The notes beneath the pieces are model-generated. The model did no database searches. It was not told where the DNA came from and saw only the letters and a program-made list of their open reading frames with translations. Positions 39,988 through 50,150 of a stretch of DNA of 64,000 bases are shown here, piece by piece. Numbering within the stretch: position 1 is the first letter of the stretch; the number at the start of each line of letters is the position of its first letter. Both the position numbers and the translations under genes were made by a program. This DNA comes from Promethearchaeota archaeon (lineage in GTDB: Archaea; Asgardarchaeota; Lokiarchaeia; Sigyniarchaeales; SOKP01), in the NCBI GenBank assembly GCA_048940925.1, contig JBHLOC010000001.1:96001-160000 (forward strand). The letters are read 5' to 3'.

Positions 39988-42231
39988 ATGTCAGTGAAGG
40001 ACAATAAAGATAAAGATTTTGATGATCAAGGCGACACTAATATCTCTAATGTAACCCTACGTGTTCAAAAAGCGAAGAAAAGAGATATTGGGCGAAATAT
40101 TATTCGAATTGATCCAAATACTATGGAAAAGTTAAATATTCAAACTGGTGACGTTATTGAAGTTATCGGTAAGAAACAAAGTGCTGGAATCGCTTGGCCA
40201 AGTTATCCTCAAGATAACGGTTTAGGGATAGTACGTGTAGATTCCAGATTGCAAAAAAATACTGGAACGCGGATTGATGATACCCTTGAAATTCGTAAAG
40301 TTAAAGCAGAAGTAGCTCAGAATGTTGTTCTCGCACCATCAAGTGTAAAAATACGAAATAATCCAAGATTTGAAAGTTTTGTTAAAAGAAAACTAAATAA
40401 TTATCCTATTACTGTTGATGATTATATTTTTATTTCTATAGGTATCAGTAGAGAAATTACTTTCAAAGTTATTAATGTGAGACCTAATGGAGTTTGTATT
40501 ATAAAACAAGAGACTGTGCTTAATATTAGTGATAAGGTTACTGAGGATATCGAAACAGGAGCAGATTATATAACTTATGAAGATGTTGGAGGATTAGATA
40601 GAGAAATTCAAAGAGTGAGGGAGATGGTCGAATTACCATTACGTCATCCATCTTTATTTAAACGTTTAGGTATTGATCCTCCAAAAGGTGTTCTATTAAG
40701 AGGGCCTCCTGGTTGTGGAAAAACATTATTGGCAAGAGCTGTAGCAAATGAAAGTGAAGCTCATTTTATTTCGATTAATGGGCCAGAAGTTATGAGTAAA
40801 TTTTATGGAGAATCCGAAAAAAAATTACGTAAGCTTTTTGTGGAGGCAGATGAAAAAAGCCCATCAATTATTTTCATAGATGAAATAGATGCAATTGCAC
40901 CAAAGAGAGAAACTGTTACAGGAGAAGTCGAACGTAGAGTTGTAGCTCAATTGTTAGCATTAATGGATGGGTTACATGGGAGAGGAAAAGTTATTGTTAT
41001 TGGTGCTACCAATCGACCAAACAGTTTAGATCCCGCTTTAAGAAGGCCTGGAAGGTTTGATCGTGAAATTGAGATAAAGGTTCCAAATGAGAAAGGAAGA
41101 TTAGAAATTTTTCAGATACATACTCGAAATATGCCACTTGATAAAAAAATATCCTTAAAGGAATACGCACAAATAACTCATGGATTTGTAGGAGCTGATA
41201 TTTCTGCTGTATGCCGAGAAGCTGCAATGTCTGCATTACGAAGATATTTGCCTAAAATAGATTTAGAGTCAGAAATTATTGATCCAGAATTACTTGAGCA
41301 AATTGAAGTGAATAAAAACGATTTTAACGAAGCATTAAAAGAAGTTTTACCTTCTGGAATAAGAGAAGTGTTTGTAGAAGTACCAAATGTGAAATGGGAT
41401 CAAGTAGGGGGATTAGATGAATTAAAACAGAAATTGATCGAAGCGGTAGAATGGCCATTATCTCATCCAACAATATTTAGTCGAATGGGAATAAGCCCTC
41501 CCAAAGGAATTTTGCTTTATGGACCTCCAGGATGCGGTAAAACTTTATTAGCAAGAGCAGTAGCAACTGAAAGTAAAGCTAATTTTATTTCAATAAAAGG
41601 ACCAGAACTTCTATCAAAGTGGGTAGGAGAAAGTGAAAAGGCAATAAGAGAAGTATTTCGTAAAGCCAAAATGGCAGCTCCTTGTATCATCTTTTTTGAT
41701 GAATTTGATTCAATAGCTCCAAGCAGAGGTCGTCATACTACAGATTCTGGAGTATCTGAAAAAGTACTTTCTCAATTCTTAACAGAGTTGGATGGATTAG
41801 AAATAAACAAGGATATTGTAGTAATTGCTGCAACAAATCGTCCCGATATTTTGGATCCAGCTTTAATACGACCCGGGAGGATTGATAGAATATTATTAGT
41901 TCCATCTCCCGATGAAAAAGGAAGATTAGAGATATTAAAAATATTTACAAAAAATATGCCTTTAGCTAATAATCTAAAATTAGAATCGTTGAAGGAGTTA
42001 ATAGAGGGCTTTTCTGGAGCAGATATTGAAACGCTATGTCGTGAAGCTGCTATGATTGCATTACGAGAGAATATTAGAGCTAGAAAAGTATCATTGGATC
42101 ACTTTAAAGAAGCTAGAGAACTAGTGTATCCTACTTTAAGCACAGAAATAATTAATTGGTATGAAAAATTTGGTGAAAAACTTAAAATTAGGAGAATAGA
42201 AGAATCAAAGGAAGATAGGTTGTTTGTATGA
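39988..42231 (+). CDS. cdc48: Cdc48/VCP/p97 AAA+ ATPase
   Basis: N domain plus two AAA modules (GPPGCGKT twice, DEID/DEFD, RPGRFD/RPGRID). Confidence 0.97.
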   Translation: MSVKDNKDKDFDDQGDTNISNVTLRVQKAKKRDIGRNIIRIDPNTMEKLNIQTGDVIEVIGKKQSAGIAWPSYPQDNGLGIVRVDSRLQKNTGTRIDDTLEIRKVKAEVAQNVVLAPSSVKIRNNPRFESFVKRKLNNYPITVDDYIFISIGISREITFKVINVRPNGVCIIKQETVLNISDKVTEDIETGADYITYEDVGGLDREIQRVREMVELPLRHPSLFKRLGIDPPKGVLLRGPPGCGKTLLARAVANESEAHFISINGPEVMSKFYGESEKKLRKLFVEADEKSPSIIFIDEIDAIAPKRETVTGEVERRVVAQLLALMDGLHGRGKVIVIGATNRPNSLDPALRRPGRFDREIEIKVPNEKGRLEIFQIHTRNMPLDKKISLKEYAQITHGFVGADISAVCREAAMSALRRYLPKIDLESEIIDPELLEQIEVNKNDFNEALKEVLPSGIREVFVEVPNVKWDQVGGLDELKQKLIEAVEWPLSHPTIFSRMGISPPKGILLYGPPGCGKTLLARAVATESKANFISIKGPELLSKWVGESEKAIREVFRKAKMAAPCIIFFDEFDSIAPSRGRHTTDSGVSEKVLSQFLTELDGLEINKDIVVIAATNRPDILDPALIRPGRIDRILLVPSPDEKGRLEILKIFTKNMPLANNLKLESLKELIEGFSGADIETLCREAAMIALRENIRARKVSLDHFKEARELVYPTLSTEIINWYEKFGEKLKIRRIEESKEDRLFV

Positions 42232-42306
42232 AATCCAAAAGATTATTTAGAAATTAAAAATTTTATAGTTTAGTTAATCATTCTCTAATCCTTAATTGTC
42301 ATATTT

Positions 42307-42311
42307 GGTGA
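42307..42311 (+). promoter_or_regulatory. Putative Shine-Dalgarno (GGTGA) for the unannotated wHTH ORF
   Basis: 6 nt before ATA at 42318; its TGA is the in-frame upstream stop. Confidence 0.5.
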
Positions 42312-42317
42312 AGAAAT

Positions 42318-42590
42318 ATAGAATCCCATCGCTGGAATAAAAAACCCATAGTTAATTCAATAATCGATATACTTATTAAAAATAAGGGAGAAATTCTGGA
42401 TAAAAGACTTGAAGAACTATTAAAAAAGGAATTTCCTTTTGTTAACTCCTTGATTTTAGAAGAGATATTTATGAAATTAGAGAGTATGAATATTATTAAC
42501 GTTTTTCGAGTCTCAAAAAATAAGAATATGGTTGTTCTAAAAAAAAATAACCAATCCATCAGAAATGATGTGATAACTGATCTAACTTAA
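42318..42590 (+). CDS. Unannotated 90-aa winged-helix protein downstream of cdc48, probable ATA start
   Basis: Manual translation: (M)ESHRWNKKPIVNSIIDILIKNKGEILDKRLEELLKKEFPFVNSLILEEIFMKLESMNIINVFRVSKNKNMVVLKKNNQSIRNDVITDLT*. Confidence 0.72.
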   Translation: MESHRWNKKPIVNSIIDILIKNKGEILDKRLEELLKKEFPFVNSLILEEIFMKLESMNIINVFRVSKNKNMVVLKKNNQSIRNDVITDLT

Positions 42591-44099
42591 AGTCTTTTTC
42601 TGCCAATCAATACAGACTTGGGCCAAAGAAAGTTCTTCGGTATTTGATCGAAATTTCCTTTCTCTTATATCTATAAATACAGGATAATTTACCACAGCTC
42701 CCATCAATAACATTTCTCCAACACCCAAACTAGATATCATACTAGCATATTCTTTCGTTATAGATTCAGAACTATCCATAAGATGTTTCAAATCATATGG
42801 ATTTTTTATGTTTAAAATCATCTTAGAATTACACTGGGATAGAGCTGTTGTGCTTAATCTTTTTGGTCTTTGACTTATTAAGCATAAACAAGCCATGAAT
42901 TTTCTTCCTTCTCTTGCTACCATTTCAATAATTGGTTTAGAAATAGCCTTAGATTGAGCTGTTTCAGGACAGAATTGGTGTGCCTCTTCGATAATTAACA
43001 AAAATGGTGGAATTTTATTTAATCTCCGTAGGTTAAATAAACGATTACTTATATAATCTAAAATAATTTGTTTTTTTCTAATACTAATTTCTTTTTGGAG
43101 ATTGAAGATGGTTATCTCTTGGTTAGTTATAATCTTATCTAATTCAGGATTTTCTTGACACCCAAATAAAGTTAAGCGCTCCAACTCTGATATCCAGCCT
43201 ATTAAGGCTTGTTTTGTATTTTTATTTCCGTCAGGTTCATTTTCAATTGACTCAATAATATCATTTAAAGTATAATGATTCTTTTTCTCCTTTTTTAATC
43301 TTTTGATATATTTTGTCAATTCCCTTACTTGAACATTTGAGATTAGATCTTGATATTTTTTATATGAATAAGGAGAGATTTTTGGCACAGCTATCTGCAA
43401 ATATGAGACATCATATATCTTAACTTTATTCTTTAATGTCGGTATATTCTGCAGATAAGAATATTCTCCATGAACATCAAATAATATTATAGCGGGTGTT
43501 CCACATTCTTCTTTTCTTGTAAGCAATTCCTCAATAAGAATTGAAGTGAGATAACTTTTTCCACCTCCTGAAATTGAAAGTATTGCAAAATGTTTGTTTA
43601 GCAAACGATTCATATTAATTTTAGCTTCTGCATTAATCACCTTAACTGTCCCTAAATTTAATCCAAATTCCGTGTCAAACCCAATAAATTTATTTAAAAC
43701 ATCTTCATCAACAACATATACCTCTCTCCCAGGACTAGCGGGATAGGTCATTCTTTTAATTTTTTCAAGTTCAATTTTATTTTTATCCTTGAATATTATA
43801 ACGCCCAAGCATTTTACAATAGCTATAGCAAATTCAAAATCATCGCTTGGAAAAAGTCCTTTTAAAATATTAGGATTACTTTTATTATAGGCTTTTATTG
43901 TCAAAGCATCAGTAAAATATTCATTTAGTAGTAGTATTTTTTCAATAATTCCAATCAAATATCCTTCAATAGAGTTTGTGTAAACAAATAAACCTTTTTG
44001 CACGAACGTTCCTTCTTTTCTTCTATTAATAACAAAAGGAAAATGTGATACATCAGGTAATTGTAAGTAATTAAATATAGTTCCTACTTTAGTTGCCAT
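42582..44099 (-). CDS. HerA/FtsK-like ATPase (DUF87)
   Basis: HFAILSISGGGKS, FDVHGEY, IIEEAH, REGRKF, SQRP, SQCN. Confidence 0.9.
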   Translation of the reverse strand: MATKVGTIFNYLQLPDVSHFPFVINRRKEGTFVQKGLFVYTNSIEGYLIGIIEKILLLNEYFTDALTIKAYNKSNPNILKGLFPSDDFEFAIAIVKCLGVIIFKDKNKIELEKIKRMTYPASPGREVYVVDEDVLNKFIGFDTEFGLNLGTVKVINAEAKINMNRLLNKHFAILSISGGGKSYLTSILIEELLTRKEECGTPAIILFDVHGEYSYLQNIPTLKNKVKIYDVSYLQIAVPKISPYSYKKYQDLISNVQVRELTKYIKRLKKEKKNHYTLNDIIESIENEPDGNKNTKQALIGWISELERLTLFGCQENPELDKIITNQEITIFNLQKEISIRKKQIILDYISNRLFNLRRLNKIPPFLLIIEEAHQFCPETAQSKAISKPIIEMVAREGRKFMACLCLISQRPKRLSTTALSQCNSKMILNIKNPYDLKHLMDSSESITKEYASMISSLGVGEMLLMGAVVNYPVFIDIRERKFRSNTEELSLAQVCIDWQKKTLS

Positions 44100-44235
44100 A
44101 AAATTAAATCAGTAAAAAAAATTGATTAAATATCTAATTTGAATTTATTAAACGATAGATTTACATAAAAAAAGAATAAGAGCACAAAATTTCTAATTTA
44201 ATCAAAAAATTCGAAGATATTGTTAAAGTTGCTAA

Positions 44236-44871
44236 TTAATATGTTTTTTTCTGTTCCTCTTGATCAATTTTCTCTATCGCTCCTATTAGCCTCAAGAGTA
44301 AATAATATCCATTCTTCCAGAAATATATAAAGAACAACGAAGTTAAGACTACAATGAAAAGAGAAATGCCGACAAATAATACCCAAGGTCCTGTACTTCC
44401 AAATATTTCTGCCAAAGACGAGGACCCACCTGAAGAAACAGTAACAACATCTTGTACAATTGCAAATATGACTCCTATAATAATTGCAATTAAACTGATT
44501 AGTAAACCTCCTGCAGCAATTTTTACATCAGTACGATTTTTATACTTTTCCTCAAGTTCTCGTTTTTTATATATAAACTTAATTAAAGATCGTGTGGATT
44601 TCTTAAATAATCCAAAGAAGAAAATCAACAAGAAAAATAAACCGGCTAAAAGCCCTGCTATAATGGCTATTTGATATCCTAAACTAAGATTCAAAAATTG
44701 TTCTAATTTACCAGTACGCCCAATAAAAAGGTCTGCAAATGTCCATACAATTCCTCCTAAGCTTACTATACTAGCAATGACAATCAAAATGTAAAAGATT
44801 GATGCTATTAGTTTTTGAATTTTACTATACTCTCTATCTATAATTGAAGAATTATTTTCCATTTTTTTCAC
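44236..44871 (-). CDS. Hypothetical 4-TM membrane protein with internal two-fold repeat
   Basis: Two units of TM-loop-TM-amphipathic helix, ending FKKSTRSLIKFI and WKNGYYLLLRLI. Confidence 0.65.
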   Translation of the reverse strand: MKKMENNSSIIDREYSKIQKLIASIFYILIVIASIVSLGGIVWTFADLFIGRTGKLEQFLNLSLGYQIAIIAGLLAGLFFLLIFFFGLFKKSTRSLIKFIYKKRELEEKYKNRTDVKIAAGGLLISLIAIIIGVIFAIVQDVVTVSSGGSSSLAEIFGSTGPWVLFVGISLFIVVLTSLFFIYFWKNGYYLLLRLIGAIEKIDQEEQKKTY

Positions 44872-45041
44872 ATTTAATATTTTTATTGTATTATGTTGAT
44901 TTGTACTATTTCTGTGTTCTTCTCTGTTGTTTTCAGTATTATAAAAGGAATTTTCCTCCCTATAATACCAAGTAATTTTAATTATGGAAAAAATAACATT
45001 TAAAATATATAAAATTGCGTATTATGAGGAAAATTCTAATA

Positions 45042-46577
45042 TTATTCAGATTTTGTATGTAAGATCATATCATCAAATTTCTTATATAAACTTTTATTGT
45101 TCAAACAATTATACATTTCATAAGAGAATTTATAGAATTTCTCATATATTTTGTGACGATCACTGTTAGGAAGCCATTTTTTTTCGATTTTGCATAAACT
45201 TTTAGCAGCTTTTCCGATATCTGAAAAAATTCCTGCTCCTGATGCCGCTAAAATTGCAGCTCCTAATGAAGTTGATTCTTCTACGACATTTCGAACACAT
45301 GTAATTCCTAATACATCAGCATAAATCTGATTCCAAAAATCAGAGCGAGACCCTCCACCAGTTAGCATTAATTCTTTTGGTTCAATTCCCAATTCTTTAA
45401 AAACTTCAAAATTTTTTCTTATTTCATAGGCTACTCCCTCAAATACAGCCCTATATAGATCCTTACGCTCATGACCTAACGCTAAACCAAAAATAGTACC
45501 TTTTGCATGGGGATTCCAATGAGGTGCTCCAGCACCAACAAAATGGGGTATAAGGAGCAATCCATTTGCTCCAATAGGCGATTTTTCTGCTTCAGCGGAG
45601 ATTAAATCATAAGGATCTTGACCCTCTTGAGCAGCAATGCATTCTGCATATCCTAATTGATCTCGAAACCACCTAAGTACAGCTCCTGTTGTAAAAATGC
45701 TAGCCTCTTGTACCCAAGTCCCTGGAACTGCATGACAACTGCATAAGACTCGTAATTCTGGATCAAATTTCGGTTGGGACAGATATGCTAAAATAAAACT
45801 GCCAGTTCCCGTAGTGCACTTTAATTCTCCAGGAGACACAACTCCCACACCTAAGGCTGCAGATTGCTGATCTCCTGCTCCAGTTATAACTAATGTCTTT
45901 TTATCGAATAGAGTTTCCTCAGTTACTATTTCACCTATATCAACTCCGCTTTCTAGAATACCTGGCATTTTATCCAAATCAATTTCCAATTCAGATGCAA
46001 TTTCCTCAGAATATGCTAATTTATTAATATCAAATAACATCGTTCTACTCAAATTACTATGATCACTCACAAATTTTCCCGTTAGTTTATAAAGAATATA
46101 ATCTGATACTAACAAAAATTTATGAGTCTTCTGGTAGATGTCTGGCTTTTTATCTTTGAACCAAAGAATTTTAGGTGCCGAAAAATATGGGTCAATTGTT
46201 AAGCCTGTTGTGTTGTATATTTTATCCACACCTACTTGTTTCTTAATAAAGTCGACTTGCTCCGTAGTTCGACGATCTTGCCAGACGAGCGCATTATACA
46301 GTGGATTTCCTTGATGATCTACAGGTACAATAGTCTCTCGCTGATTAGTAACAGAAAGGCTCACAATCTCTGTCTTATCAATTCCACTCTTTTTAATTGC
46401 TCTTTCTATTGTTATTTTAAGTGAATTCCACCATATATTTGCATCCTGCTCGACATATGACGGTGAAGGATAAAAGCTTTGCCACTCTTGGTAATCACTG
46501 GCAATTATTGTACCAGTTAAATCAAAAATAAATGTCCTACAACCAGTAGTTCCTAAATCTAAAGCAGCAACAAACAT
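45042..46577 (-). CDS. FGGY kinase, xylulokinase-like
   Basis: DLGTT, TNQRET, WQDRR, GAGDQQ, GTG, GAGAP, GGGSRS. Confidence 0.92.
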   Translation of the reverse strand: MFVAALDLGTTGCRTFIFDLTGTIIASDYQEWQSFYPSPSYVEQDANIWWNSLKITIERAIKKSGIDKTEIVSLSVTNQRETIVPVDHQGNPLYNALVWQDRRTTEQVDFIKKQVGVDKIYNTTGLTIDPYFSAPKILWFKDKKPDIYQKTHKFLLVSDYILYKLTGKFVSDHSNLSRTMLFDINKLAYSEEIASELEIDLDKMPGILESGVDIGEIVTEETLFDKKTLVITGAGDQQSAALGVGVVSPGELKCTTGTGSFILAYLSQPKFDPELRVLCSCHAVPGTWVQEASIFTTGAVLRWFRDQLGYAECIAAQEGQDPYDLISAEAEKSPIGANGLLLIPHFVGAGAPHWNPHAKGTIFGLALGHERKDLYRAVFEGVAYEIRKNFEVFKELGIEPKELMLTGGGSRSDFWNQIYADVLGITCVRNVVEESTSLGAAILAASGAGIFSDIGKAAKSLCKIEKKWLPNSDRHKIYEKFYKFSYEMYNCLNNKSLYKKFDDMILHTKSE

Positions 46578-46661
46578 TTCTATTTAATCTCTTAATAATT
46601 GAATTCGATATTAAAATTAAGGTTATAAGTCTTAATAAAGTTCATCGTTCATAATTAAAGA

Positions 46662-47342
46662 TTATTTATTCTTTTTATAGCCACAACGCGGACATACTAA
46701 TTGCCCAAAGCCAACTCTAAAATCTAACCCTGATAGGTCCATTAATAATTCATTACAAATTGGACACCTAGGTTCATAATTGGGAAACCAATTTCCTGAA
46801 ATATTAGGTTGCGTTTTTAACATCTCAATAAATTTAATTCTATCATATTGGTCTTTGCTTAATTGGAAAAGCTGTTGTTCTTGGGCTATAGATTTCCCTT
46901 TAGGAGTAAGTATCATTAAAAATTTTATTTTTGATGGATTATTTAACAAAGTGAGTGTTCTTAGTATTGCTTCTTTACCATGCTCCGAAAATAATTTAGC
47001 TAATTCTGGTGGGGCAATACCAACCAATATTCCTTGCTCTTTTTCTTTTTGAAATAAAAACTGAAACATTCGATTTTGAACATCAAAAGCCCATAAGAAG
47101 TTCCAATTTTGAATATCATAATCATTATTAGAGGGACCCACTATTCTTTTTATGCTCTGAATCCAAGAGTAATGATGATTTTTATTTACATTTGAACTAA
47201 GGTCGTCAAAAAAGATGGGTTCTATAACAGGATACGTTTTAAAAATACTCTTCATTGACATAACTCGTATTTTAGTTAATTCACCTGTTTTAAGATTATC
47301 CCAAGTATCAGTTAATGCGAATATAGTAAAAAAATCAGTCAT
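46662..47342 (-). CDS. Hypothetical protein with C-terminal zinc ribbon
   Basis: CPICNE...CPRCGY; remainder unrecognised. Confidence 0.65.
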   Translation of the reverse strand: MTDFFTIFALTDTWDNLKTGELTKIRVMSMKSIFKTYPVIEPIFFDDLSSNVNKNHHYSWIQSIKRIVGPSNNDYDIQNWNFLWAFDVQNRMFQFLFQKEKEQGILVGIAPPELAKLFSEHGKEAILRTLTLLNNPSKIKFLMILTPKGKSIAQEQQLFQLSKDQYDRIKFIEMLKTQPNISGNWFPNYEPRCPICNELLMDLSGLDFRVGFGQLVCPRCGYKKNK

Positions 47343-47429
47343 ATAATACCTATAGAGTCAATTAATAAAAAATCTCTTATTATGTATAATTGAAAATATT
47401 TAAAGTCAGCATTAAATATTATATTTGGT

Positions 47430-48581
47430 ATGAATACAATTTGGGATACTAAAGCTGATGCCGTCAATAAAGGAGACAAATTAAGAAATGTTTATCCTAT
47501 ACATGATAAGACTGAAGTGGATGAATTCGGTTTTACGCATTATGTATTCAGTAAGAACTTGTTTAATAATCCCTGGTATAATATCCCTGAAAACGACTTA
47601 GAATTGTTTAAAAAATTTTTGGAGGGAGGATCAAGAGCATATCCTTCCGATGGCAAAATTCCGTGTGATATTGTTGCAGGAGAGGCAAGGAAAATAATTA
47701 ATAGAATAGTTGATATTTCGAAAGAACCTAGTAATGTGTATTATAATGATGCTTGTGAAACACTAAAGGATGGAAAATTTGGGTTAGTTCGTGGAACTCT
47801 GAAATTATATTTAGCAAAATATACGACTAGAGATTGGAGAAGAAAGAGATTCACTGATGATATCGATTTTTGGACTTTTCAAATTCATTTATTAGACCAT
47901 GTATTAAGAAAACTGGGGTGGATTAAGAATAAAGAAACGGGGGAATGGGAGAAGAAAGTGGAATGGACTAATCCCGATACTGGTGAAGTAAGACATGAAG
48001 CACTTTGTGCGGCAAATAATTTGAATCAATTACTCGATTTTGGAGCTGGTAGTTACTTAGAGGGAACAAAGCTAGGAGAGATTTTTAATAAAAAAATAAA
48101 AAGAGGTCACGATGTAGATCTAAGTGATATAATTAATGTAGCCTTGCATAATGATGGTTTATCAGGTAAAAATGTGGAAGAATGGAATGATGCTTGGGTT
48201 TCTTTTGATGCAGCGACTAATACTAGGAGCACTAGAATTACTTCAAACCTAATTAGTCTGTGTAGATATTCATTAGGTATTGCTGATCATTTAGAAAAAG
48301 TTAGTAATGCTATAAGTAAATATCATGAGAGAATCCTTGATATAAATGAGTATCCTGATGAGAGTTTAGAAAAAATATGTAAAATGTCAATTCATTGGAT
48401 GAAATATTTGAAAAAAAATGGTCCTAATGAAACAAGAAATATGATACATGAATTTTTAGTTGAGCAGAAAGATGAAAAGAAACTACATGCCAAGAATCTA
48501 AGGAAATTTACAGATAAAGTTTTAAATTTACTAAATTCAAAATACGAATATCTTAAAGTTAAATTTGAAATTGAATCCTAG
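47430..48581 (+). CDS. Hypothetical protein, putative Pol-beta-fold nucleotidyltransferase (AbiEii-like)
   Basis: VRGTLKLYL...RKRFTDDIDF and KKIKRGHDVDLSDI resemble the G..A...R.T.DID and K...R...D..D motifs. Confidence 0.5.
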   Translation: MNTIWDTKADAVNKGDKLRNVYPIHDKTEVDEFGFTHYVFSKNLFNNPWYNIPENDLELFKKFLEGGSRAYPSDGKIPCDIVAGEARKIINRIVDISKEPSNVYYNDACETLKDGKFGLVRGTLKLYLAKYTTRDWRRKRFTDDIDFWTFQIHLLDHVLRKLGWIKNKETGEWEKKVEWTNPDTGEVRHEALCAANNLNQLLDFGAGSYLEGTKLGEIFNKKIKRGHDVDLSDIINVALHNDGLSGKNVEEWNDAWVSFDAATNTRSTRITSNLISLCRYSLGIADHLEKVSNAISKYHERILDINEYPDESLEKICKMSIHWMKYLKKNGPNETRNMIHEFLVEQKDEKKLHAKNLRKFTDKVLNLLNSKYEYLKVKFEIES

Positions 48582-48617
48582 AAACAAAGTATTATTAATT
48601 AAAAAAGAAAAAAAGTT

Positions 48618-49889
48618 CTATTTAGTTGGAATTTCTTGCTTGATCTCACGTAATTCTTCAAGATTGGACTCTTTTATTTTTAAAAACCGAGTTTGAGTAA
48701 CTCCATGAAGTAGCCAAAATCCAATCATAGCAATAAAACACAAAATTCCAGCAAAATACCATACCCAATTAGGACCTATATTATCTAATACTAATCCAGC
48801 GAGATAAACTCCAAATAAATTTGGAATTGCCCAATGGAAACCATAAGCAGCCATATACCGCCCTCGTTTATCTTCTGGTGCAAAACGTGCTGCTGTAGTC
48901 TGTCCAGTAGGCATGGCAATCATTTCACCTATGGTGATAATTACCATAGCAACGAAGAATAAGTATGGTTCAGAGATAAAGCCATACATCCCAAAACCAA
49001 TCATATAAAAGAATGTTCCAAGAGTTATCATTTTTAAAGGATTATACTTTGAAATCCTTCTACTTATCCAGAATTGAAAGCACACCACCATTGCTGCATT
49101 CATACTCAACAATAGAGCATAACCCTGTGCTGGAAACCCATGGAATGTCCATAAGAATACTGATAATGTTGTATTCATTTGCATGTATACTAATACTGTT
49201 AGCGCTGAAACTGAGAGGAATAATACGTATACCCAATCCTTTAATACATCTTTATATCCAATTATAGATTTCATCATTGTTTCTTCTGGTTCATTATCCT
49301 GCTTTTGAGGCTTAGTCTCAGGAATAGTAATAAATACTATAATAGCTGTAATTATACTACTGATAGCATCTGCAATAAATACCAACATGTAGGATTGTTC
49401 TACTAAAAAACCACCAAGTAAAGGTCCAATCGTTGCTGAAAGATTAACAGCCACTCGTAGTATTCCAAATCCTTCTGCTCGTTTTTCAGGGGGAAGTAAG
49501 TCTGCTACCATAGCTTGTCTTGCTGGACCTCCAAAATTACCAAATGTACCTAAAAATGCAGCGATAATGTAGAAGAGAATAAGATCATTAACTAATCCCA
49601 TTATTACACTTCCCATACCACTTATTACTAAACCTATCAGGGCAATTGTTCGACGACCAAATTTATCCGCAAATGCTCCTCCGACAATCCCTCCAATTAT
49701 ATTTCCCGCCGAGAATATTGAAAATAATATTCCAACTTCGGTCATCCCGACGCCAAAATGAATAGTAATATATAACGAGAAAAAAGGAAATAATAAAAAA
49801 CCTCCCAAACGATCAATAAAAGTAGCTAATGTCAATACTTTAAATGTATTAGGAAATTCCCTATATGTTCGTTTAATTTTTGTGAACAT
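48618..49889 (-). CDS. MFS transporter (MdtH-like), paralog A
   Basis: 12 hydrophobic helices; GAFADKFGRR motif A. Confidence 0.92.
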   Translation of the reverse strand: MFTKIKRTYREFPNTFKVLTLATFIDRLGGFLLFPFFSLYITIHFGVGMTEVGILFSIFSAGNIIGGIVGGAFADKFGRRTIALIGLVISGMGSVIMGLVNDLILFYIIAAFLGTFGNFGGPARQAMVADLLPPEKRAEGFGILRVAVNLSATIGPLLGGFLVEQSYMLVFIADAISSIITAIIVFITIPETKPQKQDNEPEETMMKSIIGYKDVLKDWVYVLFLSVSALTVLVYMQMNTTLSVFLWTFHGFPAQGYALLLSMNAAMVVCFQFWISRRISKYNPLKMITLGTFFYMIGFGMYGFISEPYLFFVAMVIITIGEMIAMPTGQTTAARFAPEDKRGRYMAAYGFHWAIPNLFGVYLAGLVLDNIGPNWVWYFAGILCFIAMIGFWLLHGVTQTRFLKIKESNLEELREIKQEIPTK

Positions 49890-50150
49890 GATTAGATGCT
49901 TTAATTGAGAGTTAATTATAATTTAATATTACTATAAAATTACTTTAATGAGTCTAAAATGTTAATGATATTTATAGTTATGAATGTTGAAATACATTTG
50001 AACCTATTTTTAATTTTTCCTAATAAAGTAATTTTAGTAACTTTAATTTTTAAGAAATTCTTCGTGAAAGATGCGTTTCACGATCATGGATGAATTGTTT
50101 TATTCTAAAATTATGTATTAATTAACGATGAGAAAAAAAAGTAAAAGTTC

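Noticed and set aside
42299-42559. 86-aa minus-strand ORF
   Set aside because: Antisense shadow of the plus-strand wHTH frame 42318-42590.
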